Source: Candidatus Micrarchaeia archaeon | GTDB taxonomy: Archaea > Micrarchaeota > Micrarchaeia > Micrarchaeales > CABMGC01 | Length of the DNA: 51,157 nt | NCBI GenBank assembly: GCA_049966395.1 | Contig: JBMFUT010000003.1 | Coordinates: forward strand, 1 to 51,157 | Reading direction: 5' to 3' | Part shown: positions 1 through 9,282 of the stretch, one piece after another | Numbering within the stretch: the stretch's first letter is position 1 | Layout of the letters: each line of letters begins with the position of its first letter | Notes under the pieces: model-generated | Told to the model about the DNA's origin: nothing | The model's database searches: none | The model's input: only the letters and a program-made list of their open reading frames with translations | Program-made: the position numbers and the translations under genes

Positions 1-49
1 GTTTCGCCCCAATGGAAAGAAATAAAACCTTTATAAACTTTATATTAGA

Positions 50-1264
50 ATGTTTGATTTGATGGCTGAAGGAATAACGACCGGTATAGATGCCCTTGTA
101 GAGTACATAAAAACGCATGGCGAGTCTGACTCTGCTACGCTGGCGTCGGCAATGAACGTCAGCGAAACGGTTATAGAGGAGTGGGCGGGAATACTTGAGA
201 AAGCCGGAATAGTCCAGATAACCTACAAAGCAGCAAAAATGTACGTTTCGCCAGTGGAAGTATCAAGGGAGCACGTAGAGGAGCTTCAGCATTCTGTAGA
301 AGTAAAAAAGAGCACGTTGGAAAGCGACATAATGGCGCAGAATAGGCTCCTTGGAGACATAAGCTCCAGATTGGATGCACTGAACAAGTTCATAGCAGAC
401 GCAGACGCGCTGTTCAAAAGCAGATCCAAGACAGCGCATGCAGACCTCGATGAAATAGACAAGCTGCAGTCTGAAATATCCAAGCATTACAACGAAATAA
501 AGTCAAAGAAGGATTACATAGACAAGGCATCTCAGACAATAGGCAAGGAAAGCGGCGCACTCATAGAAAGAAGCAACAGGATAAGGGATTTTGACATAGG
601 AATAGAGGCTGCAAACAAGAGCATAGAAGATGCAAAGAGCAAGGTAATGCTGGCAGAATCTATGATAAAGGAGCTTCCGAAGAAATTCGATGCCATGGTA
701 AACGAAAACAGGAAGATGCTAAATGAAATCATGGAAAGCGCAATGCACGAGCTGAACAACGTAAACGAAGCTTTGGATGCGCAGAAAAAAATGCTTGAGG
801 AAAGTGTCAAGGCAGTAGAGAATTACAAACGCGATGCTGAAAGAATAGCAAGGGATGAGGAAAGGCACCGCGAGGCGCTAGTTGACAGCTTTGCCAAAGC
901 AAAATCAGAAGCGAGCCAGCTCTACTTGCTTTCGGAGAAAAAATTCAACGACGCAAACAAGCTGCTTTTGGAAATGAAGTCGAGTTTCGGAGAGCTCGCA
1001 TCGATGCACGAAAGCATAGAGAAGATTAAAAACGAAATCGCGGAACTTTCAAAAGAAAAGGAGTTGCTGGCTGCCGAACTCAAAAAGCTCAGCGATGAAA
1101 ACAGCGCCATAAGGGCATTGGGGCCTTATGATGCCGCCAAGAAGCGGGCTCAAATTGAAACACTTTCAAAAAGATTCACCAGCATATCCTCCAGGACTGC
1201 AAAGCTTAAGAAGAACATCGATAAAACTGATGAAGAGGCGAAGAATATTGCGAATAAAAAGTGA
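50..1264 (+). CDS. Winged-helix N-terminal domain plus long coiled-coil protein; first gene of the pilus-machinery operon, function unknown
   Basis: 404-aa ORF. The N-terminal ~70 aa (IDALVEYIKTHGESDSATLASAMNVSETVIEEWAGILEKAGIV) resemble a wHTH. The rest is K/E/L/A-rich and heptad-like. The stop lies 5 nt before the ATPase gene. Confidence 0.6.
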   Translation: MFDLMAEGITTGIDALVEYIKTHGESDSATLASAMNVSETVIEEWAGILEKAGIVQITYKAAKMYVSPVEVSREHVEELQHSVEVKKSTLESDIMAQNRLLGDISSRLDALNKFIADADALFKSRSKTAHADLDEIDKLQSEISKHYNEIKSKKDYIDKASQTIGKESGALIERSNRIRDFDIGIEAANKSIEDAKSKVMLAESMIKELPKKFDAMVNENRKMLNEIMESAMHELNNVNEALDAQKKMLEESVKAVENYKRDAERIARDEERHREALVDSFAKAKSEASQLYLLSEKKFNDANKLLLEMKSSFGELASMHESIEKIKNEIAELSKEKELLAAELKKLSDENSAIRALGPYDAAKKRAQIETLSKRFTSISSRTAKLKKNIDKTDEEAKNIANKK

Positions 1265-1269
1265 GCTAA

Positions 1270-2760
1270 ATGCCTGAAAAGGTTTTTGCAGAATATGACT
1301 TGGATGTTCATGGCATGCAGGCCAACATAAGGATTGTAGACAGCGGAGGGTTTGTGCCTGACTACAAGGTAACTGTGCCTGGCTTGGGTGATGCATCAAG
1401 GATACTGCTGCTTTCCCTAAGGCAAGAGCTCTTGTCGCTGGTGCCTATAGACCCCACTAGAATAGAAGACAAGGAGTACACTGACGAGCTCACAACGAAA
1501 TATGTGGAGGCGTCAAGTGAAATAATAGAGAAGTATCTTCCCGGAGTCGGCGGCGAGACCAAAAAAATACTCATAGCGTACATAGTCAATATGATGCTGG
1601 GCTTGGGAGACCTCGAAATACCTCTTGCAGACGAAAACCTCGAGGAGATAGCGGTAAACAACTCGCAGAGCTCCGTGTGGGTTTTTCACAAGGTTTATGG
1701 CTGGTGCAAGACATCGATAAGAATACAGAGCGAGGAGATGATATATGACTATGCGGAAGAAATAGGCAGGAGGATAGGCAGACAGATAACAAACCTTTCT
1801 CCTCTGATGGACGCCGAATTGCCAGACGGCTCAAGAGTTAATGCAACACTTTATCCTATATCCCAAACCGGCAACACTATAACAATAAGAAAATTCGCCA
1901 AGAACCCGTGGACTATGCCGGCACTGATCGCAAATCACACAATATCAAGCAGCCTTGCCGCGCTCGTATGGCTAAGCATACAGAATGAAATAAGCATGCT
2001 CATATCAGGAGGCACTGCTAGCGGAAAGACGAGCTTCCTCAATGCCGCAAGCATTTTTATGCCGCCAAACCATAGGATAATATCAGTAGAAGAAACCAGG
2101 GAGCTTACACTTCCGTCCTTCCTGCATTGGTTGCCAATGCTTACTAGGCAACCCAACCCCGAAGGAAAGGGAGAAATAACATTGTACAACCTCATGATAA
2201 ACGCCCTCAGGCAGAGACCTGATATAATGCTTGTTGGAGAAATAAGGGTGCAGTCAGACGCCGAAACTCTCTTTGAGGCAATACACACCGGCCACGCCGT
2301 GTATGGAACTGTACACGCCGACAACGCACAAGATACTATAGTTAGAATGACCAATCCGCCTATAAACATTCCGAAAATAATGCTCAACTCCATAGGAGGC
2401 GTAATAGCTCTCTTCAGGCACAGGAGGCTCGGCATAAGGCGCGTCCTCGAATTCAGCGAGATGCTCAGAAGCGGTGACGTGAACGTCATGTACAGATGGA
2501 ACATGAGAGATGACACCTTCTCCCAAATATCAGACATGTCAAGGCTGGCAGATATGATAATGCTCTATGGCGGATACACCAAAAGCGAGATAGTTGAAGA
2601 TGTTGCAGAAAAGACAAAGATACTTGACTGGATGGTTTCCAACAAGATCACTGGAGTCGACGACGCAGGCTACGTGATAGCCAACTATTACAAAAACAAG
2701 GACAAGATTTTACAGATAATAGATGAAAAGGTGCCGTATTCGCCAGAACTGTTCAGGTAG
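1270..2760 (+). CDS. Type IV pilus/archaellum-type secretion ATPase (FlaI/TadA/VirB11, T2SSE family)
   Basis: Walker A ISGGTASGKTSFLNA, Asp box RIISVEETRELTL, Walker B PDIMLVGEIR and His box TGHAVYGTVHA. 496 aa. Confidence 0.9.
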   Translation: MPEKVFAEYDLDVHGMQANIRIVDSGGFVPDYKVTVPGLGDASRILLLSLRQELLSLVPIDPTRIEDKEYTDELTTKYVEASSEIIEKYLPGVGGETKKILIAYIVNMMLGLGDLEIPLADENLEEIAVNNSQSSVWVFHKVYGWCKTSIRIQSEEMIYDYAEEIGRRIGRQITNLSPLMDAELPDGSRVNATLYPISQTGNTITIRKFAKNPWTMPALIANHTISSSLAALVWLSIQNEISMLISGGTASGKTSFLNAASIFMPPNHRIISVEETRELTLPSFLHWLPMLTRQPNPEGKGEITLYNLMINALRQRPDIMLVGEIRVQSDAETLFEAIHTGHAVYGTVHADNAQDTIVRMTNPPINIPKIMLNSIGGVIALFRHRRLGIRRVLEFSEMLRSGDVNVMYRWNMRDDTFSQISDMSRLADMIMLYGGYTKSEIVEDVAEKTKILDWMVSNKITGVDDAGYVIANYYKNKDKILQIIDEKVPYSPELFR

Positions 2761-2769
2761 TGATTAACA

Positions 2770-3375
2770 ATGGACAGCTACGATAATATATTTGGCATGC
2801 TCGAAACTGTTGAGAATGCCAGCAAAAGGCCAGAGTCTGTAGTCATAGACTCGGGCAAGGTGTTTTCCAGCAAGATAGAAGAAAAGATGTACAGTGTAGA
2901 AGAAACGCGCGCGCTTCTTAGCAAGCTTGAGGGAATAAGAAGAGTTGAGCAGGTGCAGTATGCCCCAGAAAAGACACAGTTTGCGGCGCAGCAACAACCA
3001 AGGGCAGGTGCTCCAGACATAACAAAAGAGATAGAGCAAATAGTTGGCAACGCTAGCAAGGACTTCGAGAAAAGCCTTGAAAGGGAGCTAGAAAAGATAG
3101 AAACCAAAAAGCTAATACTGCCTTCGCTTTCGCTGCAGGACCAGCTTTCAGAACTCGAGAAGATAAGCGAGGGGCTTGACGAGCAGGTTTTCGACGACGA
3201 GCAGCTCAAGATAATAGTGTCAGAAGTGAAAGGACTCAGGGAACGGCTGAAGTTCGAAAAGATGCCTGCAGAGCAGTTCCAAAGCTCTTTTATAGTGCCA
3301 AGGAACAATAGACTTATGGAAGTAGAAGAGAAGCTCTACAAAATGGGAAGGCTGCCTAAAGCGGCAAATACATAG
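2770..3375 (+). CDS. Hypothetical acidic coiled-coil protein inside the pilus operon
   Basis: 201-aa ORF with no TM segment, E/K/L-rich, tightly packed between the ATPase and platform genes. The antisense ORF 2778..3308 is low-complexity S/C-rich and looks like a shadow ORF. Confidence 0.55.
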   Translation: MDSYDNIFGMLETVENASKRPESVVIDSGKVFSSKIEEKMYSVEETRALLSKLEGIRRVEQVQYAPEKTQFAAQQQPRAGAPDITKEIEQIVGNASKDFEKSLERELEKIETKKLILPSLSLQDQLSELEKISEGLDEQVFDDEQLKIIVSEVKGLRERLKFEKMPAEQFQSSFIVPRNNRLMEVEEKLYKMGRLPKAANT

Positions 3376-3418
3376 CAATAAATTGGTTTACTTAGAAAGA
3401 TGATTAAAAGTTGTTGAG

Positions 3419-4429
3419 ATGCAGCTGTTCAAAAAGAGAAATACAGTAAATGCGGGTGCTGGCAACGCACCGGTAGGTTTCACCAAGCCAAAAAAGTTTC
3501 TCTTTTTCAAGGTAAGGGCGAAGCCAATATATCCGCAAGCGCAACAGCTGCAAAATGCAGGCCATGCTCAAAACATGGCCGGGAAGACAAATATAACCAA
3601 ATTCCAAATGTATGTCGCCAAGGTGCTTGAAAAACAAAAAGACCTGGAAATGTCGCTAAGAGAACTGAACATAAAGGAAAGCGGCTTTGAATTCGTAAAA
3701 AAAATGATTATAAATTCGATAATAGTCAGCGCGATCATGTCTGTAACGATTTTCGTGCTTTTGCTTCATTATGGCCTTAACTTAGCTTATGGCATACTGT
3801 TTACCGCAGTGCTGTTTTATGCCTTCTATACGACATTTCTCGCAAGGTTTGTGCGTTATCCGATAGACAAAAGCAAGAGCATAGGCAGTGAAGTAGAGAA
3901 AGACATTTTGTTCGCAGCAAGGGACCTTGTGATAAGCATGCGTTCCGGCATGCCGCTGTTCAACGCCATGGTTGCAGTGAGTTCAGGTTACGGTGCAGCA
4001 AGCAAGGAATTTGAAAAAATAATAGACAGAGTTCAGCTGGGCATGCCCATAGAGCAGGCGATAGACGAGGTAAGCAGCAAAAGCAACTCTAAGACTTTCA
4101 AAAGGCTCATGCTCCAGGCTTCAGTGAGCATAAAGGCGGGTGCTGACATAGTAGGCGCGTTGCAAGGAGTAGTGGACGAAGTGATGCAGGAGAGGGTGAT
4201 AGAACTCAGAAGATACGGGCAAAGGCTTAACGCTCTCGCAATGTTCTACATGCTCTTTGGCATAATATTCCCGAGCATGGGGATAGCAGTGGTGGCGATA
4301 CTCACGACCTTCATAAGCCTTTTCACTGTGGACTTCACCACCCTGATATTCGGGCTCGTAGGCATATTCTTCCTACAGCTGATATTCCTCAACATAATGA
4401 GGTCGTCAAGACCTACTTTCGCAATGTGA
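3419..4429 (+). CDS. T2SSF-domain pilus platform membrane protein (TadB/FlaJ-half-like)
   Basis: TM helices flank a cytoplasmic T2SSF-like segment (DILFAARDLVISMRSGMPLFNAMVAVSS...IEQAIDEVS...LQASVSIKAGADIVGAL). The start is uncertain because the N-terminal 60 aa are poorly protein-like. Confidence 0.8.
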   Translation: MQLFKKRNTVNAGAGNAPVGFTKPKKFLFFKVRAKPIYPQAQQLQNAGHAQNMAGKTNITKFQMYVAKVLEKQKDLEMSLRELNIKESGFEFVKKMIINSIIVSAIMSVTIFVLLLHYGLNLAYGILFTAVLFYAFYTTFLARFVRYPIDKSKSIGSEVEKDILFAARDLVISMRSGMPLFNAMVAVSSGYGAASKEFEKIIDRVQLGMPIEQAIDEVSSKSNSKTFKRLMLQASVSIKAGADIVGALQGVVDEVMQERVIELRRYGQRLNALAMFYMLFGIIFPSMGIAVVAILTTFISLFTVDFTTLIFGLVGIFFLQLIFLNIMRSSRPTFAM

Positions 4430-4433
4430 TCCA

Positions 4434-5423
4434 ATGGTAGAATTTGAGAAGCTTGTCTCAAGGGAAATAGTGAGGATGCTTTCCAACGAGCTCGACCTTG
4501 CCGGCTTCAAGATTTCAGTAGAGAAATTCCTCAGAATAGCCATATTGGGAGGCATCGCGGTTTTGATTGCGGTTTCGTACACGCTATTTCTTGCATTCAA
4601 AATAAATGCCGGAATTTCTGCAATAGCAGGTATAGTCGGCCTTGCTGTATTCGAAATTGCTCTCTATGCCATACTTGAGTTCAGCATTGGCCGAAGGAAA
4701 ACGTTTGTGGAAAGCATACTTCCAGACTACCTTCAGATAACAGCAGCGAATGTGCGAAGCGGAATATCGCTTGACAAGGCTATGCTTTTGGCCGCAAGGC
4801 CAGAATTCAAGTACTTCAGCGACGACGTCAGACTTGTGAACAAGGAGCTGTATGGCGGCGAGACGCTGCAGAACACGTTACAGCTGCTCGCAAACAAGTA
4901 CAGGTCGTTGCAGCTCAAGCACACAATAAGGATGATAACCGAAGCCATACAGTACGGAGGCGGAATGACAGATTTGCTCAACCAGGTGGCAAAGGACACC
5001 AGGAACCAGCAAATGGTGCAAAAAGAGGTTTCGGGCCAGCTCTTTATGTATACTATTTTCATTGCATTTGCTGCGCTCGTCGGAGCCCCTGTCATGTATG
5101 CGCTAACATCCCAGATGATGGGCGTTACTAATACGGTATGGTCTGGAATATTGCAGCAAAATCCAGGAGGCCTCCCTACTGCCGGGCTTTCCTTCCTCAG
5201 GCCTTCGCCGCCGAAGATAACCACCCAGCAGTATCATATATTCGCGCTTACCGCAATACTGCTTATAACTGGTTTCGGCGCTTTCATAGTTTCGGCTATT
5301 TCAACAGGATCAATAGTAAACGGCATAAAATACTTGCCAGCTTTTCTTATAATTGGCTTTGCGGTTTTCTTCCTGACCTCGATGGCAATAGGAGGTATAT
5401 TCTCTTCGATAAGTGGGGTGTAG
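4434..5423 (+). CDS. Second T2SSF-domain pilus platform membrane protein (TadC/FlaJ-half-like)
   Basis: T2SSF-like segment LPDYLQITAANVRSGISLDKAMLLAA...TLQNTLQLLA...ITEAIQYGGGMTDLLNQVA with flanking TM helices. It lies 4 nt after the previous gene. Confidence 0.8.
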   Translation: MVEFEKLVSREIVRMLSNELDLAGFKISVEKFLRIAILGGIAVLIAVSYTLFLAFKINAGISAIAGIVGLAVFEIALYAILEFSIGRRKTFVESILPDYLQITAANVRSGISLDKAMLLAARPEFKYFSDDVRLVNKELYGGETLQNTLQLLANKYRSLQLKHTIRMITEAIQYGGGMTDLLNQVAKDTRNQQMVQKEVSGQLFMYTIFIAFAALVGAPVMYALTSQMMGVTNTVWSGILQQNPGGLPTAGLSFLRPSPPKITTQQYHIFALTAILLITGFGAFIVSAISTGSIVNGIKYLPAFLIIGFAVFFLTSMAIGGIFSSISGV

Positions 5424-5431
5424 AACGTTTT

Positions 5432-6595
5432 TCATGAATCGCCTTCAATACCGAGCTTTTTCATTAGCCCTGAGTAGAAAGGGATTATGTTTGAAGTTGA
5501 AAATGCCTTCAGGCTTTCCGTGTTTTTTTGGCTTTTCGGGGCGCCGTTTTTAATGATTTCTAGTATTTTGGCGTGCAGTTCATCAGGTTCTGCAGTAATG
5601 CATAGCCGACGTATGTCATTTGGGATTGGGGAATCCGAGGGAAGAACTACCGGAGTGCCCAATGCCATACTTTCCAGTGTTATCATGCTTAAGCCTTCCC
5701 TTGCCGAGGTATTTAGTAATACTGAAGAACAGCATATCTCTCTGTAAAGCCTGGATCTCGGCATAGGTTTCTCAATTCTTACCTTATTTTCGAGCCCCAG
5801 CTCTTTGATTGCAGATTCTATGTTGTCCTTCTCTGGGCCGTCGCCTATTATTATGCCGGTAGCACGTGGAATGCTTTCTGTAACGCGCTTTGCCACATGC
5901 AACCACATGTCTATCCTTTTCTCTTTTATAAGCCTTCCGGCAAAAATTATCTGAGCTTTTTTGCAGTTCCCCGATTTACGTTTTGCAGCCTTTATTGCGT
6001 CTTCCTCTATCACAGGCGCAAAAACAAGTATCTTGCTGTTTTCTATTCCTCCAAGCTTATGCAAAAGTTCTTTTGTAGTAGTAGTATTTGCAATATAGGC
6101 ATCGGCGCCTTTTATAAGTGCCCTGCTCAGGAAGTATGCTATCCATCCGCTGAAATTACCTAAATAGCGCTTCCAGTAATTATAGTCCCACACTTCGGCA
6201 ACCCTTATTGCGACTTTCACTCTAAAAAGCTTCTTGTAGAGCATCACTACTGGAAGATGCAGGTAAGGGAAGGCATCTACAACAACTAGATCGAATTTCT
6301 TACGAAAAAGCCTGAATAGGCTGAGCGAATATAGGATTGCCATCCGTATAGATCTCCTTCTATGCATGTAAAGCGACTCCTGCGAGGCACTGAAAATCGC
6401 GTCATACTTGACACCATACTTCTTGAAATTGCGCTGCATTCCGGGCCAACGCAGGGTATAGAAGTAGACATCGTACTTCTTAGAGAGCGCGCTACTCTCT
6501 AGCATGTTTATCTTCTCTATGCCTCCCACGTGCCACGGATATGCGCTGTCATATGAGAATGCTATGCTTATCCTAGAGGCGTTGCTTTTATCCAT
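5432..6595 (-). CDS. GT4-family (GT-B fold) glycosyltransferase
   Basis: C-terminal motif SAREGLSMITLESMALGTPVV, typical of the E-x7-E GT4 region. 387 aa. Convergent with the pilus operon, with an 8-nt gap. Confidence 0.85.
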   Translation of the reverse strand: MDKSNASRISIAFSYDSAYPWHVGGIEKINMLESSALSKKYDVYFYTLRWPGMQRNFKKYGVKYDAIFSASQESLYMHRRRSIRMAILYSLSLFRLFRKKFDLVVVDAFPYLHLPVVMLYKKLFRVKVAIRVAEVWDYNYWKRYLGNFSGWIAYFLSRALIKGADAYIANTTTTKELLHKLGGIENSKILVFAPVIEEDAIKAAKRKSGNCKKAQIIFAGRLIKEKRIDMWLHVAKRVTESIPRATGIIIGDGPEKDNIESAIKELGLENKVRIEKPMPRSRLYREICCSSVLLNTSAREGLSMITLESMALGTPVVLPSDSPIPNDIRRLCITAEPDELHAKILEIIKNGAPKSQKNTESLKAFSTSNIIPFYSGLMKKLGIEGDS

Positions 6596-6706
6596 GCATG
6601 ATATATGAGATATCAGCCTTAAAAACTTTGCCAGGCAGCCATTCTCTTCGCCATAGATGTTTTATTTTGGGCTCGTACGTGCAAAATTAGAATGGCGTTG
6701 CCAGTC

Positions 6707-6742
6707 AAAAAAGCCAACGGCGAACGTCGCATCGACGTCGCC
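6707..6742 (-). terminator. Hairpin plus T6 tract downstream of the zinc-ribbon gene
   Basis: On the minus strand, GGCGACGTCGATGCGACGTTCGCC forms a 10-bp stem with one bulge and a 3-nt loop (6719-6742). It is followed by CGTTGGCTTTTTT (T6 = plus-strand A-run 6707-6712) and begins 20 nt after the stop at 6762. Confidence 0.45.
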
Positions 6743-6761
6743 GGAAGCCAAACCCGTTCGT

Positions 6762-7127
6762 TCAGTCTATTGCTATGAAGTTCTTCAGAAACTTCCTTGC
6801 TATAGTGTCTTTTGCGTTTCTGTAGCTGTATCTCAGCTTCTCCCTGGTGCCAGATGTTATTTTTGTGTAGCACTCTGCGCATATATAGCGCTTTGCTACC
6901 AATCCCGCTCTCACGTATGGGTCCTTTTCTTGTATGTAAGAGGAAGGCAATATCTTTACCGCACCTTTCTCCAGCACCCTGTTGCAGAGCATACAGCTGT
7001 TTTCTATGAGGTGCTTCAGGTCTGTCTCTTCTGCATCCTCTATTGTATATTCAAACCCATCGGATGCAGCCCTTTTTCTGGCAAATTCTGGTATACCTGC
7101 GTCTCCCCTACTATATATTCCCTCCAT
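6762..7127 (-). CDS. Small zinc-ribbon-like protein (CxxC...CxxC), function unknown
   Basis: 121-aa ORF with CMLC and CAEC pairs and a balanced composition. The overlapping plus-strand ORF 6657..7145 is C/F/Y-rich and looks non-coding. Confidence 0.5.
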   Translation of the reverse strand: MEGIYSRGDAGIPEFARKRAASDGFEYTIEDAEETDLKHLIENSCMLCNRVLEKGAVKILPSSYIQEKDPYVRAGLVAKRYICAECYTKITSGTREKLRYSYRNAKDTIARKFLKNFIAID

Positions 7128-7279
7128 TCCCCACTCCTCTATTGAACCTTTTGCGGTTCAAATTCCCCACTTTCAATTAGTTATAGTGCATATCTCATAT
7201 TTATTTATTTCGATTCCAAATGGATAATATACATATGCAACATGTAACGCCATTACGTTTTCACTCGACAAGCGGTAGC

Positions 7280-8152
7280 ATGAAAAGGCAGATATATGTA
7301 ATTTCAATAGGAGGCAACGCCCTCTCGACAGAGCCGTCGGCACTGAACAGCGTTATGAAAGCCATTTATAAGCTCAGCCATATGGGCGACGTGGTAATAA
7401 CGCATGGCAACGGCCCCCAGGTTGGCGAGCTTGCCAAAGTCGAGCGCAAGCCATTGGCATTGCTTACTGCACAGACAGAAGCAGAAATAGGAGTATACCT
7501 TAGCGACAAAATATCAGAATACTTTCACAGAAAGCGAAAGAAAGCAGTAGTTGACACTGTTATCACTAGGGTGCTCGTAGATGAAAAAGACCCCTCTTTC
7601 AAGAATCCATCTAAGCCGATAGGGAGTTTCTACAGCGCTGGAAAAGCAAGAGATCTTGCCAAAAAAGGAATGGCGTTGAAAAGGCTCATTGGAGGGTACA
7701 GAATCGTTGTGCCATCACCTAAACCCGTAAGAATAATCAACATAGAGGAGATTGCTTACCTTGCTTCAATGCAGCATATAGTTATTGCAGCTGGAGGTGG
7801 CGGTATACCAGTATTCAGAAATTACCGCCTTGCCAATGGCGTCATAGACAAGGACTACGCGACATCTCTTTTGGCAGCCCAGATCCGCGCCAAGAAAATG
7901 TTCATACTTACTAACGTCGATGGCGCTTATTTAGATTTCGGCACATCAAAGCAGAAGAGGATAGGCAGAATAACTGCCAATGAGATGATTGGTTACGTCC
8001 GGAAAGGATTCTTTGAAGATGGAAGCATGAAGCCTAAAGTAGAGGCGTGCATAGATTTTGTCAGGCATACAAAAGGGAGCGCAGTCATAGGCAACATGTC
8101 AAATGCAGAAAATGTCATTGCCATGAGAGGATGCACGATTATCTCTCGTTAG
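7280..8152 (+). CDS. arcC: Carbamate kinase
   Basis: ISIGGNAL and ITHGNGPQVG motifs, with IVIAAGGGGIPV further on. The start was moved to ATG 7280 (MKRQIYVISIGGNAL) within ORF 7220..8152. Confidence 0.85.
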   Translation: MKRQIYVISIGGNALSTEPSALNSVMKAIYKLSHMGDVVITHGNGPQVGELAKVERKPLALLTAQTEAEIGVYLSDKISEYFHRKRKKAVVDTVITRVLVDEKDPSFKNPSKPIGSFYSAGKARDLAKKGMALKRLIGGYRIVVPSPKPVRIINIEEIAYLASMQHIVIAAGGGGIPVFRNYRLANGVIDKDYATSLLAAQIRAKKMFILTNVDGAYLDFGTSKQKRIGRITANEMIGYVRKGFFEDGSMKPKVEACIDFVRHTKGSAVIGNMSNAENVIAMRGCTIISR

Positions 8153-9242
8153 CAAGCCTCTTTGCAGCATCTATCACCGCAGCTATCTTTGCATCGGTTT
8201 TTATGCAGCCGTCGCAGAAGATAGTGCCTGTTGCCTTGCTTCCGCCGCTCAGGGCTTTTGCCAACTTCTTTGGAGAAACTGAACTTATTCCCAAAAATTT
8301 CGTGATTTTAGGCACAGAATAAGAGAATGGCGTGTCGAGCTCCTCTAATATTGAAGAAAGCATTGCCAGTGCCTCCTTCATGTCTGCATGTCCGCTAAAA
8401 TCGTGGGCAACCTTTGCCAGCAGCTTTTTGTCGCTGATGCTCCCGAGCCATAAAGGGCCATAAGATCCTGTCGCTTCGCCGCAATAGCTGCATTTTCTTT
8501 CCAAGCTGCTTGAGATACCCTTTGCAGTGTAAAAATTATGGCAGTTGTTGCAGTATCCTAGGAAACCGATCTGCTTTATAGACTCTATTGCATTTGCAGC
8601 GCCTTTGTGAAGTCTCAAAAAGACGCGCATATAGTGCATGTCTGCTATTCCAAGCATTACTTCTATGCCAAAATTGAATTGGGAAGCAATCTTTGCTATA
8701 AAGCTTATCAGTATCCTCAGTCCGGCTTCGTGGCAAAGCTCGTTGTGTATCGGTTCTGCGCCATAGGTCTTAAGGCAGGCAAGCCTGTGGGCGCCGCACA
8801 GCACTGCAGTATCTGTAGCGGTAACCATTATCATTGTGTTGTCCCTCGAAATCTTCATTATGTCATATATGTAAGGGGCCGCAGAGCCGAAAGGATCCAA
8901 GTCTATTATGTCAAAGTGCTCGTTGCTTGTGTTTGCAAATTCCTGTATGCTGATGTTTGCCACGCTTGCCTGCAAGCCATTAATCAAGGCGTTTTTCACT
9001 GTGTTTGCCGCGGCCTTTTCGTTTATGTCAATAAAAGTTAGATCTGATACTCCAGCCTCGAGAGCGTAGCGTATGCCCCTCACGCCTGTTGCTGAAGTCG
9101 CGTCGAGAAATCTGCATTTTCTGCCGCGCGCAACTGATGCTACGAGCATTACAGAAATGTCCCTGAGCTTTTTCATCTTGGGATTGAAAAACACACCATC
9201 TTCTACCGTTATGACTGCTGAGCCTTCTTTTATCTCTGTCAT
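8139..9242 (-). CDS. trm1: tRNA (guanine26-N2)-dimethyltransferase Trm1
   Basis: Motifs FFNPKMKKLRD, DATSATGVRGIRYALE, DIIDLDPFGSAAPY and a C-terminal Cys cluster CNNCHNF...CSYCG. The start was chosen at MTEIKEGSAVITV (9242); an alternative ATG lies at 9281. Confidence 0.85.
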   Translation of the reverse strand: MTEIKEGSAVITVEDGVFFNPKMKKLRDISVMLVASVARGRKCRFLDATSATGVRGIRYALEAGVSDLTFIDINEKAAANTVKNALINGLQASVANISIQEFANTSNEHFDIIDLDPFGSAAPYIYDIMKISRDNTMIMVTATDTAVLCGAHRLACLKTYGAEPIHNELCHEAGLRILISFIAKIASQFNFGIEVMLGIADMHYMRVFLRLHKGAANAIESIKQIGFLGYCNNCHNFYTAKGISSSLERKCSYCGEATGSYGPLWLGSISDKKLLAKVAHDFSGHADMKEALAMLSSILEELDTPFSYSVPKITKFLGISSVSPKKLAKALSGGSKATGTIFCDGCIKTDAKIAAVIDAAKRLANER

Positions 9243-9282
9243 AGCGTCTCCTCTTGCACGTGCATTCTCAATTGGTAGCATT

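Noticed and set aside
1935-2537. 200-aa minus-strand ORF inside the secretion ATPase gene.
   Set aside because: It is antisense to a strongly supported CDS, and its composition is low-complexity (S/L/C/I-rich). The same reasoning applies to 4733..5224, 2778..3308, 37281..37814, 39763..40230, 28632..29201, 13357..13845, 12934..13233 and 14762..15208.
6657-7145. 162-aa plus-strand ORF in the GT4/arcC spacer.
   Set aside because: It is C/F/Y/V-rich and non-protein-like. The opposite-strand 121-aa ORF (6762..7127) has a balanced composition, two CxxC pairs and a downstream terminator-like hairpin, so that one was called instead.
7220-7279. N-terminal 20-aa extension of carbamate kinase in the ORF track (MDNIHMQHVTPLRFHSTSGS); similar extensions occur on ORFs 24283, 8139..9398 and 50479..51087.
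   Set aside because: The extensions are not protein-like and are not part of the conserved family N-termini. Internal ATGs directly preceding the conserved motifs, often with a TATA-like box about 30 nt upstream, are more plausible starts.
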